DNA of 64,000 nucleotides from Felis catus (Eukaryota): contig NC_058368.1 in NCBI RefSeq assembly GCF_018350175.1, positions 234,796,001-234,860,000 of the forward strand. The letters are read 5' to 3'. Below the pieces are notes generated by a model. That model was given only the letters and a program-made list of their open reading frames with translations. It had not been told where the DNA came from and ran no database searches. This document shows, piece after piece, positions 38,529 to 50,814 of this stretch (positions within the stretch are counted from its first letter, which is position 1; the number at the start of each line of letters is the position of its first letter). The translations under genes and the position numbers were made by a program.

Positions 38529-40241
38529 TATAGTGTAGTAAATGTACGTGCGTGTGTTTGGGTCACAAAGACCTGGATGCAGACACAGAGGTTTAGCAGA
38601 TATTGGAGGTGTGGCGTGTCTGGTGGTGGTGAGTTCTATGACCTGAGCAAGGCCAGGTGACGGGGGTAGGAAGTGTGGGGGTGGGGAGAGTCTGTCCAGA
38701 TTTTATCCCAGCGGAGCCCTGAGGGCAGTGAGGAAGGATTGCCGGGGACAGCTGTAGGCAGGGCGTTTCGGGCAGTGGACTGGCAGAAGCGTACTCTTCA
38801 CCTCCAAGGATGGAGGAGGCCAGCGTGAAACTTTCTGCACGTTGCTGTGTGATGTTGCTGTTGTCACAGAGAGCAGGTTTCTAGGAGGCTCGCTGGAGTG
38901 TTCTCTGTGCAACCAAACCAAAGTGAGTGAGCCTGCCATTGGGATTTGGGGCCCCAGGGCAGTCTGCATGGACAGGCCAGTGGGCCCCCCCCTGCTGTGC
39001 TTTCCCCAGACTGAGCCGCACAGGGGAAGCCCCGGGGGCCAGACGTCAGCCAGGTAAATCCCTTGTGTCGCTGGGTCTCAGCAGCTCTGTGGGCATAGAG
39101 CCTCACGCGCACTGTCAGACCAGGCGGGGAAACACTGTTCTGAGAGAAGTACGCAAAGTGATAAACAGTTAAACACAAAACAAAAAACCTGGCTAATGGT
39201 AGGAATTGCCACGTAATCATGTTTGTGTTTGGGGGGAGGTGTTTGTTTGTTTCTGAGAAACAAAATACCAGTTTTCAGTTATTAGAGCTATTTTGAATCT
39301 AGCCGTTCCCTAAATACATCTCATCACCTACCTGGACCATCTGGGGTCGAATCAGACCAGCTGTAGGGCCCCCCCCCCTGGCACCCCGGCCGTCCCACTA
39401 CCTGCTTCTCTGAGTCTGCAAAGTACCAGGGCAACAGAGGGTCCCCCTCCACGCAGACCTGCTTCCCGGAGGAGGGGGCGGCTGGGCCAACAGGAAGGGT
39501 CTGTGGAAGAAGGACTGGGGTCGGTGGGCAGAGGGAGCAGCTCCCCAGGAGGGGCGGAGAGAGGGAGTGGAGGCGGGCCGGAAATGCAGGGGCGTGTGTG
39601 GAAGTGATGGAGGATGACCTTGGCAGAGGGGCTGAGGGAAGGAGCAGGAGCAGAGAAGCTGGCGGAAGCAGGGGTGGGGGCAGGTAAGAGAAGCTGGTGC
39701 TCGATGTGCATGGGGCTTGTTGCTGGGCGCCCAAGGTCTGGAGTTTCGCGTGGCTTGATTTTACAGACCAGCTGTCTGGGGCTCAGTCGGGTGTGCCCAT
39801 GTGCTCAAGGCTGCACAGGTAGTGGGTGCCACACCCTGTTGTCGAGCCGGGTTTCCTGGCTTTGAAACCCACGCCGCCCCCCCACCCCCACCCAGGCCCT
39901 CCGGGGAGCTGGCTCCAGCCCCTCTAGGAAAGCCTGGCCACACAACCGCCAACGCAAGCTGGACCACCCCTCGGTGGTGTTGTGTTCTTGCCAGCTGTTC
40001 TGTCATGTGCTGTCCGCGCAGAACCCAGGCTTAGTTAGTCCCGGCCCGCAGGGGTGGCCACGGCCTGAAGAGATTGATTTCTAATAAACACAGCAAGTTA
40101 ACAACATATATTAAAGTGCTTCGAACCTAATTATGCTGTTTCTTTAATTGTTGGGTCATTATTAAAACAGGTCATAAGTTTCGATCAAGCTGTAAAAGCA
40201 CGGTGACCCACTTAAGAACAAGGCTTTTAAAAACAAGAATG

Positions 40242-40459
40242 GGGGCGCCTGGGTGGCGCAGTCGGTAAGCGCCCGACTTCAGCCAGGTCACGATCTCGCG
40301 GTCCATGAGTTCGAGCCCCGCGTCGGGCTCTGGGCTGATGGCTCAGAGCCTGGAGCCTGTTTCCGATTCTGTGTCTCCCTCTCTCTCTGCCCCTCCCCCG
40401 TTCATGCTCTGTCTCTCTCTGTCCCAAAAATAAATAAACGTTTGAAAAAAAAAATTAAA
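40242..40459 (+). mobile_element. Young Felis-type Can-SINE
   Basis: TSD aaaaacaagaatg (40229-40241 / 40460-40472). Confidence 0.97.
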
Positions 40460-40474
40460 AAAAACAAGAATGAA

Positions 40475-40676
40475 GGGGCTCTGGGGGGCTCAGTTGGTTA
40501 AGCATCCGACTGTTGGTTTCGGCTCAGGTCAATGATCTCATGGTTCATGGGATTGAGCCCCAGGGTCTCGCTCTGTGCTGACAGCGTGGAGCCTGCTTGG
40601 GATTCTCTCTCCTTCTCTCTCTGCCCAACCTTCTACCCCCAAAACACAAAATTAATAAATAAACTAAAAAAAAAAC
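40475..40676 (+). mobile_element. Older Can-SINE
   Basis: ggggctctggggggctcagttggttaagcatccgac...aataaataaactaaaa. Confidence 0.92.
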
Positions 40677-40719
40677 AAAAACAAGACCTAAAGTCAACGC
40701 TTTACATATAATTTGCGGG

Positions 40720-41030
40720 ATTGCTCATTTCCCCACTGTCGCCAGCCTCTGATTCCTTCCGGACTCCCTGTGGCTCCCGGCGGAGCTTGGAACTCCCTTT
40801 GCGCCTCTTAGATTCCAGGCACGTCTGCCTAGCCAGCTGGGCTGCCCTGCCGTCCCTCTGCCTGGGGTTTCCTGCCTCCAGTGGTCTCTTCAGACATGTC
40901 CACGGGGCTCACTCCCTTGCTCCTTAGGATCTGCCCAAATTCAGCTTTTAGGGATGCCTCCCCAGTGACTCCATTTAAAATGTCACCCCCACCAGCATTC
41001 CCCATCTGCCTTTCCAGCTTTGTTCCTCTC
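40720..41030 (+). mobile_element. L2 remnant
   Basis: ccctctgcctgggg...catgtccacggggctcactcccttgctccttaggatctgcccaaattcagctttta. Confidence 0.65.
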
Positions 41031-41064
41031 CATCAGATAAACCAAGCATTCTCCATATTAAAAA

Positions 41065-41605
41065 AAAAATAACCAATTGAAATCGCACCATAAAATCAAC
41101 CATTTCACAATGAGCCATTCAGCGGCATTTAGCGCGCTCACGATGTTGCACAACCACGACCTCTATCTCGTTTCCACACATTTCCATCATTCCCAGGTGA
41201 GACCCCTTACCCATTAAAGCAGTTTTCCCCACTTCCTCCTCCTCTCCTGCTCCTGGCAAACTCCAGGGTACATTCTGACTCCGTGGATTTCCCTATTCTG
41301 GGTGTTTCACCTGCGTGGGACCATATGTACGTGGCTTTTGGTTCTGGTGTCTTTCACTTAATATAATGTTTTTGAGGTTCATCCATGGTGCAGCAAGACC
41401 AGTGCTTTATTCCTTCTTAGAGCTGAACGATATTCCATTGTGTGGCAAGCCCCAGACTGGCTGATTTGTTCGTGCATTGCTGGATGTGTGGGTTGTTTCT
41501 ACCTGTTGGCGTTTGAGAAAAGTACTGTTTATAAATGTGCGTGAGTAGGTGCTTGGGTTTTCGTTTCTTTGGGGCATGCGCATAGGAGTGGAATTGCAGG
41601 GTCCC
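41065..41605 (-). mobile_element. L1MB-like 3' end
   Basis: accataaaatcaaccattt...gatgttgcacaaccac...tggatttccctattctggg...ctttcacttaatataatgtttttgaggttcatccatg...taggagtggaattgc. Confidence 0.88.
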
Positions 41606-41877
41606 TGACTATCACCCTGACCACAGGTTCCAAACCTTTCGGGCTACCCTTGCTCCTTCTGCCTCAAAACATGGCGACTCATCCTTTTGCCCAAATGGTA
41701 CTTGTCTGTATCACATTTCACTTGCAGAGGATCCTGGCTCAACTTAGGAAGATGGCAGGGATCGATGCACTCAGTCATTTGTCAAGTTCTCTCCTGGGAA
41801 CCTTTAGAAAAGCTCTTTGACACATAGACTCAAGCTCATTATCAGTGAGGTCCTTTTAAAATGAAAGCCTCTCTTCT

Positions 41878-41990
41878 TTCTTTTTTTTAATATAATTTAT
41901 TGTCAAATTAGCTAATATATAGGGTGTACCGTGTGCTCTTGGTTTTTGGGGTAGATTCCCGTGGTTTACCACTGAGATACAACACCCAGT
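41878..41990 (-). mobile_element. 5'-truncated felid/carnivore L1 3' end
   Basis: ttttttaatataatttattgtcaaattagctaatatatagggtgtaccgtgtgctcttggtttttggggtagattccc; degenerate TSD tgaaagcctctcttct / tgagcgcctgtcttct. Confidence 0.8.
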
Positions 41991-42324
41991 TGAGCGCCTG
42001 TCTTCTAAGTAGAGGAAAGAATATTCAAATAATGTTAAGAAATAGAAAATCACAAGATTAAAGTAAGGACACATGACTGCAAATTGTGACTCAGCTTATT
42101 TATTTTGTCCAACTCTTCCAGGGCAAAATGAAATATTGGGACTTCCAGGCAGATTTCCCCCTTCTTCAGCTGTTCATGGGGGCAGTTTTCAGAAATAGTG
42201 GCCATGAGGGATTAAGAAAAAGCTTACCAGTTCCTAAGTGTTTTGGGGAACTAACACTGGGAAGTTACTTTGGTTTTAATATCTCACACAGAGCGTGTAG
42301 TACTGACGTGTGCCATGTCGTGCC

Positions 42325-42510
42325 CGAGGATCACCACCTTGACTATACATTGAGGTCACCTGGGGAGCTTCCCCCTGGCCAAAGCCTGGGTCCCACTCCC
42401 ATATATTCGACCTGAATTCTTCTAGGAGTGTGGCTGGGGTGTTTGTGTTTTCAAAAGTCTTTCCTCCCCTCCCAGCTACCCTCCAGTGCCCATAATAGCC
42501 AGCTAGCATT
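42325..42510. mobile_element. MER5A-like hAT element
   Basis: ccttgactatacattgaggtcacctggggagctt...gcctgggtcccactccc...ggtgtttgtgttttcaaaag. Confidence 0.65.
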
Positions 42511-42531
42511 TGTATGGTTACCTTGGAGATG

Positions 42532-42535
<4 letters not shown>

Positions 42536-42567
<32 letters not shown>
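42536..42567. repeat. (TG)n microsatellite
   Basis: About 16 TG units. Confidence 0.97.
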
Positions 42568-42569
<2 letters not shown>

Positions 42570-44039
42570 TTTATTTCATGCTAACTTTGCAGCATGAAAG
42601 TCAAATTTTACATGAACATGTGGCAAGGGTGCATGTCATAAACACGTGTTCATTTTGTGTAAGCTAATTGGAGCGTCTAGAGCCTAGCTATTCAGCACGT
42701 GGGCCACACCCATCACCTGGGAGAGCTCTTCAGAAATGCAGAATCTGAACAGAGAGGTGAGCCCAGTGGGGATGGAGTGGCCCGCACACCGGCGGCCGCG
42801 AGAGCCTCACTGCAGGACTACTTGGCACACCGTGGGTGGGGCGTGCTCAGGACAATGTGTACTTGGACTTCGTTTCCGGGGTCATTCCACAAATGCTGCA
42901 GAATATGGCGGACAGAGGGAGAGTGTGGCTGGTGTTTCCAAACACGTTTCAAAGTACAAGACTCATCAACCCAAGCCCCATGCTCACTGTGGAAGACTCC
43001 AGCAAAACCCTGGATCTGGCTGAGGCTTCTCCTGACCCACACATCACAGACCAGGCCACTTTTTCTCCTGCCTGTGACCCCAACTCCCTCGGATGGTAGC
43101 CTGAGATAATTCACGAAGTGAAAACAACACACCTCCGAGACATCACCTTCCCAAGTAAGAACGGATGGTGTCCCAAGCTGGGCTGCGTTTCACTGAATAA
43201 TTCATGTCCTTGACATGGTCATTGTCTCATAGACGGAGAAGGACCTCAGGACGGCCCCACCGCAGAGCGCAAGACTGGGCAGGTTGTACATGTTGAGCAA
43301 ATCCCCAGACTCGCTTTCGGGCTTTCCCTCACTCAGAATGATGCCAGGGAGCTGCTTACTGTCAACCAACTCAGGGAGATTTCCTCCCCAGGATGCAGAG
43401 TTAAGGGTGTGCATCAGACTCACATGCAGACCTGTGGACTGCTAGATGCCTCGTGTCACACTGTGTCATTTTCCTTTGTCAGAGAGGAGAAACAAAACGC
43501 GGAAGGTGACTTGTTAACTCCATGTGTGCACTCCGGTCACACACTTGATAGATAATGATTGGCAAGAGGGATCTCGATAGAAGCTGATGCCTCAGAAGGA
43601 GGCACTCTCACCTCGGCGCATGGGGTTTAGAGGACTTACAGAGAAGATTTCCTCACACATAGAGTTATTAAACACCAGAATAGATTCTTAATTAACATTT
43701 TCTGGAAGTCTTTAAAAGGAGCATAGATTTTAATTTGCTTGGAACATTTTATTGGGATTCTTCCCAAAGGCAACAGGGTGCCTGCAATTGCATAGTTAAG
43801 CTCTTGTACATAAATGCATACTCAATGTATCCTTTGCATTCTGGAATTTTATTTATGAAACTGAGCTAGCAGGAAGGCCACGGATGAATACATGGGATGT
43901 ATGAAAGAACGGCAGGCAGGACATCTCAGTAGCTGTGTGGCTTTTGTTGCGAGGGCAGGGCTTGCAAAAAGATATAGAAAGGAGAATACTGATTCCCTCT
44001 GATGTTCCTAACAGTGTCTGTTCCAAACCTCTCCTTTCT

Positions 44040-44155
44040 GTGGAAGGAGGAAGAAAGAGGGAAGGAAAAGGGAGAAAAAGAGAGGGAAGGAATGTAGGAG
44101 AAAGGAAGGAAGGAAGGGAGGAAGGGAGGGAGGAAAGAAAGACAGCGGAAAGGTA
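44040..44155. repeat. Purine-rich (GGAA/GGGA) low-complexity tract
   Basis: ggaaggaggaagaaagagggaaggaaaaggg... Confidence 0.88.
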
Positions 44156-45370
44156 GAAACTCATATTTACTGAGCACTTACTCTCTAGTAAGCCTGTTGG
44201 CATTTATTGTCTCTCCCTACCTCTCAGGGGATATATATTTGGGTTTTTCCCCATTAACAAGAGAAGCAAAGAGAGATTCATGCTCAAATTCACATGGGAG
44301 GTGGTAGGAGGGCCAGCCGTTGAAGGCAGGTGGGTGGGACCTCAGAGTCTGTTTCTTTTCCAAGGCCCCACAAGGCCAGGTTCACTCTGACACTCGACTC
44401 CGTGTCCAAGGAGGCATCCTCTCTCCGCTTCATGAAGAGTTAAGGACCATTCCCTGCGACCTCCGTATCTCCCATCTGTCTCCTCCTCCCACCCCTCTGT
44501 CCCCACTCTCCAGACAGTGTCAGTGTCCAGAGACCAGCCAGAGATCAGCAGATCACAGGTTTCCTTGCCTTGTCTTTTCTTAGCGATCTAAGTATCCCCC
44601 TTCATTCAAATGGCATGTGTGGAAAAGTCAGAGTAGCAAATATAACATAAAGTCATTTGGATTCCACCAACATGTTTTGTTTGTTTTATATCAGGGATAT
44701 AAAATACCTTGAGAAAATAGCAAAAGTATTGCTGCTTATGAAATGTCATCTTTTTTTCTTTTCTTGAGAAGAGATATTTTATTTTGATTTCCCCAAAGCA
44801 GTTCCTGTTTTCAAAGACCCTTGAGAATTATATCTATATATACTGACTTCCAGAAAAGATTAAAAAGTAGAGGCATCCATGCAAAATCCATTTTACTAAA
44901 GGCCAGCGGTTATGTTAGAAACTACACAAAATGATCTTTCTTTCATAGATAAGGAACACTGTTTTGAATCGATCCTAAAAAATCCCCGAAGTATTTGATC
45001 TCATAAAATCTTTGTAGTGTTATAATATACAAAGCCAGAGAAAGTCTTGTAAACTCAGCATCTGGAGCAAAAGCATTTTGCGATGCAACTTTGTGTACGC
45101 TTTGCATTAATGCCTATGACTCAGTGAAACACACAGATTCCCATGCTATGTGCACAGGTGAATCAGAGGGAGGAATGTTACCATTAGACCCTGTATGCGG
45201 GGCCCTCACTGTCACTGCCATTGTCGGCTTCTCTGTCAAGCACTCAGACTTGGTTACGTAAGACGAAAATCACCAGGTGGGTTTGGGAGCGAAGGAAAGG
45301 TGATACTCAGGAAAGGTGTTTCTCTGGTACTCTCGGGAGGTGACTCCTGAGTATTTGTAGTCAGGTCTGT

Positions 45371-45965
45371 TGTACTAGGCTCTAGGGTTTTACCATAACA
45401 AAGTACTACAAACCGGGCGCCTCAACAACAGAAATGTACCTTCTCACGGTTCTGGAGGCTGGGAGGCCAAGATCAAGGTGCCTGCAAGGCTGCTTCCTTC
45501 CCAGGCTGTGAGGGAGAATCGGCTCCAGGTGGGTCTCCAAGCTTCTGGGGGTTTGCTGGCCAGCCTTGGCTTTAATTTATTTATTATTTATTCCTGATTT
45601 ATTTGAGAGGGAGTGGAGGGGCAGAAAGAGAGGGAGACAGAGGATCTGACGGGGGCTCCGTGCTGACAGCCCAGAGCTTGACGCGGGGCTTGAACCCACG
45701 AACCGCGAGATTATGACCCCAGCCAAAGGTAGACGTTCAGCTGACTTAGCCACTCAGGCGCCACATCCTTGGCTTTTCTTGGCTTCGTCTTCGCCTTTCA
45801 TTCTCCCTGTGTGTCTGCGTCCAAATTTCCCCTTTTTACAAGGACACCAGTCACTGGATTAGAGGCCCATCCACTCCAACGTAATCTCATTTTAACAGAT
45901 TACATCTGCAGCAACTCTGTGCCCAGGTAAGGTCCCACTCGGAAGCACTTGGCGCTGACATTCCT
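45371..45965 (-). mobile_element. MLT1C-like solo LTR split by a SINE
   Basis: ccataacaaagtactacaaacc...cagaaatgtaccttctcacggttctggaggctgggaggccaagatcaaggtg...aaggacaccagtcactggattag...ttacatctgca. Confidence 0.88.
45574..45763 (-). mobile_element. Can-SINE inside the MLT1 LTR
   Basis: TSD ccttggcttt (45564-45573 / 45767-45776). Confidence 0.92.
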
Positions 45966-46137
45966 ACAAACGGATCTGGTGGCCAGAAGCACAACTGCAC
46001 ACATAATCCCGATGAAGAGCAGCCACTAACCTTACCAAACTGTCCCCTATCAGTAGAGCCTGGTGTCCACACAAGCCGTGTTTCAGAACGGAGTTTCTCA
46101 GCATTGACTGCACGTTCCATTTGCCTGGTGGGCTTTA

Positions 46138-46324
46138 TTCTTGAGACAGAGAGAGACAAAGCATGAACGGGGGAGGGACAGAGAGGGAGGCACAGAATCT
46201 GAAGCAAGCTCCAGGCTCCCAGCTGTCCGCACAGAGCCCGAGGCGGGGCTTGAACTCACGGACTGTGAGATCATGACCTGAACCGAAGTCGGACGCTCAA
46301 CCGACGGAGCCACCCAGGCGCCCC
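46138..46324 (-). mobile_element. Can-SINE (almost tail-less) inside a probable MER5-like element
   Basis: TSD ttgcctggtgg(g/a)cttta (46121-46137 / 46325-46341). Confidence 0.93.
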
Positions 46325-46631
46325 TTGCCTGGTGGACTTTAAAACGCCCTGATTCTCAGGTTGCAGCTGAAATCAGTTAGATTATGGTCCTGCAAGGTGG
46401 TATTTCTTGAAGTATTTCCTTTTTGTTTTTTCCTTAAAGCTTGTCAAATAGATAGCGAAGGCTGATGGCCATGAGTTTAGACTAAGCCTGTCAACCAGAG
46501 ACTTTCCCAGCCTCATCCTTTCGGGACATGTTTACTGCTAAAAAGTTATCAAAGAGATCTCTGATGCCAGGTCCCCGATGCCTGAGTTCTCCTTGGGTTC
46601 GGATCGAATATTACTCAGTATGCCATGTTTA

Positions 46632-46854
46632 TTTTATCTATTTATTTAAAGACTTTTTTTAACGTTTATTAATTTTTTGAGACAGAACATGAACAGGGGA
46701 GGGTCAGAGAGAGAGGGAGACACAGAATCCGAAGCAGGCTCCAGGCCCTGAGCTGTTAGCACAGAGCCCGACTCGGGGCTCGAACCCATGAGCTGTGAGA
46801 TCATGACCTGAGCTGAAGTCGGACGCTCAACCGACGGAGCCACCCAGGCGCCCC
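46632..46854 (-). mobile_element. Can-SINE
   Basis: Perfect TSD agtatgccatgttta (46617-46631 / 46855-46869). Confidence 0.96.
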
Positions 46855-47659
46855 AGTATGCCATGTTTAATATGCAGCGTGGTCTGGAGCCCAGGAGGTG
46901 CCAAAGCAGTGGAAGCAGCAGAGCAGGAGGACAGGCAGGGAAGGGGTCACTGACAAGCGGACCTGAGGACCAGAGGCCAAGGCGCTGGTGTGGCCTTAAC
47001 ATTTTCACGATCAGGACTTGGAGCGTTGGGGGGAGCTTAAAGCCGTTCAACAGCTTCTGCGTAAGAAAGCAGGCATCGACACACTCCAAGAGGGAGAGAG
47101 ATCTCAAACAGAGATGAGACGAATATGAGTCCAGGAAGGCGTGCACTTCTGTGAACTCAAGAATTGATTTCCCATGAAACTTTTCATTTCCTGATAATAC
47201 TGTTTTCTTTTTTCTTTTCTCTTTTATCGGCAAAACAGGACCAAACTTATTCACACAATTAGCACGACACAGTAATCTCGTCCTCGGTCTCGGGTTGGCG
47301 AGACTGTCTTTGACCATTTCCTGACCTCAGTGGGATATCCAACCCACTCCCAACTTTACGACGTAAGACTGCAGCCGAGACTGGTCCTCAGGCGGACAGC
47401 TATTAGGTCAGCGGGGCTGGAGACACTTGACGAGAACACGGACGGCAGCCCTGAGGCACGCCTGCCCCTGCTGTGCCTGGCTCTTCCCTTGCAAAACTCC
47501 AGGCGCTTTCCTGGGAGGGTGTCATGGGATCCGTGATCGGCTGATCTCGGGGTTGAGTTCAGGGAGGTCATTCATTCGGAAAACCCCGCGTATGGCTGGC
47601 TACCTGTGCAGCCGGTGTTACCCTTGGACAATCAGCACGCAAGGGAGCCGCTGAGAGAG

Positions 47660-47833
47660 TGTGCACGCTCCGGTGAGCTCACGTTATGTGTCCACATCCT
47701 ACACATGCTGTGCGTGTCTTACACACATGTGCGTACATCTTATGTGTAGAGTTTGCATCCTGCACACGTGTGTACATGTCTTATATATAATGTGCATGTC
47801 CTACATGTACATGTCTTACATATATATGTGTAT

Positions 47834-47868
<35 letters not shown>
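47660..47868. repeat. Degenerate TG/TA/CA tract ending in (CA)n
   Basis: Repeated tacacatg/tacatgtc-like units, then ~15 CA. Confidence 0.9.
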
Positions 47869-47869
<1 letters not shown>

Positions 47870-50139
47870 TAAGTGTAGCAGTCAGATTGGGCCACTGGTT
47901 TCCATAAAACATATCATCTGCTTTGGATTATTCGAACACACGAGCCAGGTTTGCTGGGATTGCATCATTTGCAAGTCCTCCAGAGAAACACCAATACGAT
48001 ATAAAGGGATTGAACAATGGTGACTTTATGAACTTGAAGGACCCATAAGACAGATAGAAATAACTACTGCAGGTTGGAATTTTCGGCTGTGAGGAGACCT
48101 TCACATTTCTGCTGGGATGGTGATCATAGCATGGAATTCTAGGCTAGTTCAGCGAAACCTTCCTTCCTTTCCTGTACGTCTGGAGAACACGACGGCCGCA
48201 CTAAACGCTATGGGGCAGAAGCTTGCCGTGAAGGAGGAACATTTCTGCTCTCCTCTGGTTTCTTCAGCCACCTGCCCACGGAGGAGGGCGCGCTGGCGTA
48301 ATAAAAGCCACTCCAGAGTAAGGGATTCACGCAACCTACCAGGTATCCACGCAGAAGCTGAGACTCTAGAAGCAGTTTGGGAAGAGCCGGCTTGATGAGA
48401 GCACGGAAAAAAGGAGAGAGAGCGAGGGACTTAAAACGACCGGCACGAATCCAGGGAGCGGCATTCATCCTCAGCCTGAACACAGTCCTGCACCGCCTTC
48501 GTCTAGGTCTGAGTCCCAAGCCAGGGAGAGAAACCGCTGTGCTTCCTTCTGCCCTGCTTGCTCCTGTCTGGACGCCTCGGGGTCCGAGACGGAAAACCCT
48601 CTGCCAAGAGGGTTAAGTAAAAACGACTGTTTATGAGAACCTCATGCTATCAGCTCTTGTAAGTGTGGTCGAAAAGAAAACGCAAGACTTTCCAGTAACT
48701 GAGAGTTTGGGGGTAGGATCATCTTGTCACGGGTTTCTCGGAGGTGAGACTCAAAGCCAAGGGTGCAGGCAAAGTGGACATGGCTACTGCTTTGCCACGA
48801 GGCTTGTGTCTGGTGGGGAGAGTCGAAGGCACTAATAAGGAGGAAGGACGAAAGGGCTTGGGAGAAGGAGAGAAGGAGAGCCAGTGTGGGGCTGTCGCTC
48901 CACGTGGAGGGCCACGGATCGTTCCGTGTACATCAGTGCCCTGTCTCCAGGGCTGGCATCCTGTCCACGTCACATGATTTAAAGGCCCTCCCCTTGGGAA
49001 TTTCAGTTCGTGTTTGGGGCAGGGGCCTCAGTGTCTCTAGGGAAATCCTGGGCTGGGAAGAGGGCCAGGGGCTGTGCTTAAGGGGAGTGGGGTTAAGAGG
49101 CTAAAGAAAGGGACCCCCAGATTGCATCCGTGAGTCTAGATGAGACCACGTCGCTTCGGTCCTTGGGAAACTGGCTGCAAGTGGCCAGGGCCATGGAGCC
49201 AGGAGGAACAGAAGCCACACAGAAGCACAGCTACAGAGACAGGAAGCATCTGTTTACACTTCCCAGTTACGTCACTACCTCCCATGTGTGACTGTCTTGG
49301 GTGATGTCCTACGCGTGTCCCGTGCCAACACGTATGAAGCAGATCGCAGACAGTGGAAACCACCGGCCTGGGAGCAAACACCCGCAGGGAACATTGTGAG
49401 CAAAGCCTGTGCCCCAGGGCGGGGGATGTCAGGAGCAGGGGCCCGGAGCTGTGTGCGGTGGCCCAGGGTCACTTCTTCTGCCCGCACTATATTCTCTCCG
49501 ATTTGTCCCAATCCTGGTGCTGAGGGAGGACTTCTGTAATGCGCACAATCGCCAGGGTGCTCTGGACGAGCCAGGGAGTGTGAGCGAGCTGAAGAAGGTC
49601 CAAGTCTCCTCTGGAGCAGGGAAGACTTCCCAGCCCTAACAACAAGGGAAAAGGGCCTGGAGCCTCAACGTCGTGGCTTCCTGGACCACCCTAAGGAGGA
49701 CGATTCCGTGGTCCAAGAGCTTCTGCAGGAGCAGAGGACGTTAGGAATAGGTATGCGAAGGGGGCCGTAGGAAGGCGTAGAGGGTCTCCAATAGCTCCTT
49801 GGGCATCTTTGCTGTGAAGAAGGCGGCTGGTCTGGAATGCCGCCCTTGGACCAGGTCCCCTCCAAAACAGGGTCATTAAAACTCTGGGATTTGCGCAGGG
49901 AGCGCGTGCTGCCTTTGCGAGGCTCTGACCCTGGCGGGGGGGGGGGGACACGGCTGGCTTCCTGCCCTCCTGTCCCGGGACCAAGCGCACGGCCACGTTC
50001 TCAAGGAGATGCCAGATTTGCCCGTCCCCGAGAGGATGCACAGACCTCACGGGAAGAAGCACGAGCAGGCAGGCTCCCCCACAAGAACACACTCCCTCTT
50101 CAATCAGTTATTTAAAGACAGAAGCAAACGAGAAGCGTG

Positions 50140-50660
50140 TGAATAGCCCTGGGGCACACGCGTCACATGCGGACTCGCCCGGTGGAAGGCATCATCGGTC
50201 ACACACTGGGCTAGGCTTCGTGTGAGGTCCTGCACTTCCCTTGTTTAAATTCCCCAAGCAGCGGTTCCGTGACACTGAGGTGCTCGCAACGTGATGGGGT
50301 CCAGTTGGCCCTTTGGCTCCGGGGACTTGATTTGTGAGCGTGCATAGCTGGTTGCTCTTCTGGCCCCTGCGAGGGGGGGTGCGCACTGCCGGTCCCCACA
50401 TGCGGCAGGAGAGGGTCCGGAGGGGTCGGCTCACTTCCCCGTCACCCGCTGCATCAAGGATTCCGGCCACCCCCCCCCCCCCGGCTGCCGCTCCGAGAGG
50501 CCTTTCCGGCTGAGCCGCAGAGGGAGTCGGAGACACTTAACTCGGCAGCACGTCTGGCTGAAGCCGACAGCTGAATGAGGAGGCCGCCCTGGGTCTGCCT
50601 CTCCTCGGCCCAGAAACGGCTGCGACGCACAACTGCCTGGCCCGCAGGACAGCTTGTCTC
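50140..50660. promoter_or_regulatory. CpG-rich unique region, candidate regulatory element
   Basis: Dense CpG (cgcgtcac, gcggactcgcccgg, cggctgccgctccg, gcgacgca); no recognised repeat. Confidence 0.4.
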
Positions 50661-50814
50661 CAAGAAGAAACAGAGATGTAGAGGACAAGGCAGAGGGACG
50701 GGCTGGCCAGCCCAGGATCAAAGCCGTGAACATTAACCTCAAACAGAAATTAGTCCCATTTGTGGCCACCCAGACTGGCCTGTAGAGGCCCCAGGACATG
50801 TGGAGCAGGAGGGG

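Noticed and set aside
46646..47317. 223-aa ORF on the - strand
   Set aside because: Last ~70 codons are SINE-derived (WGAWVAPSVERPTSAQVMIS...); the remainder has no recognisable homology
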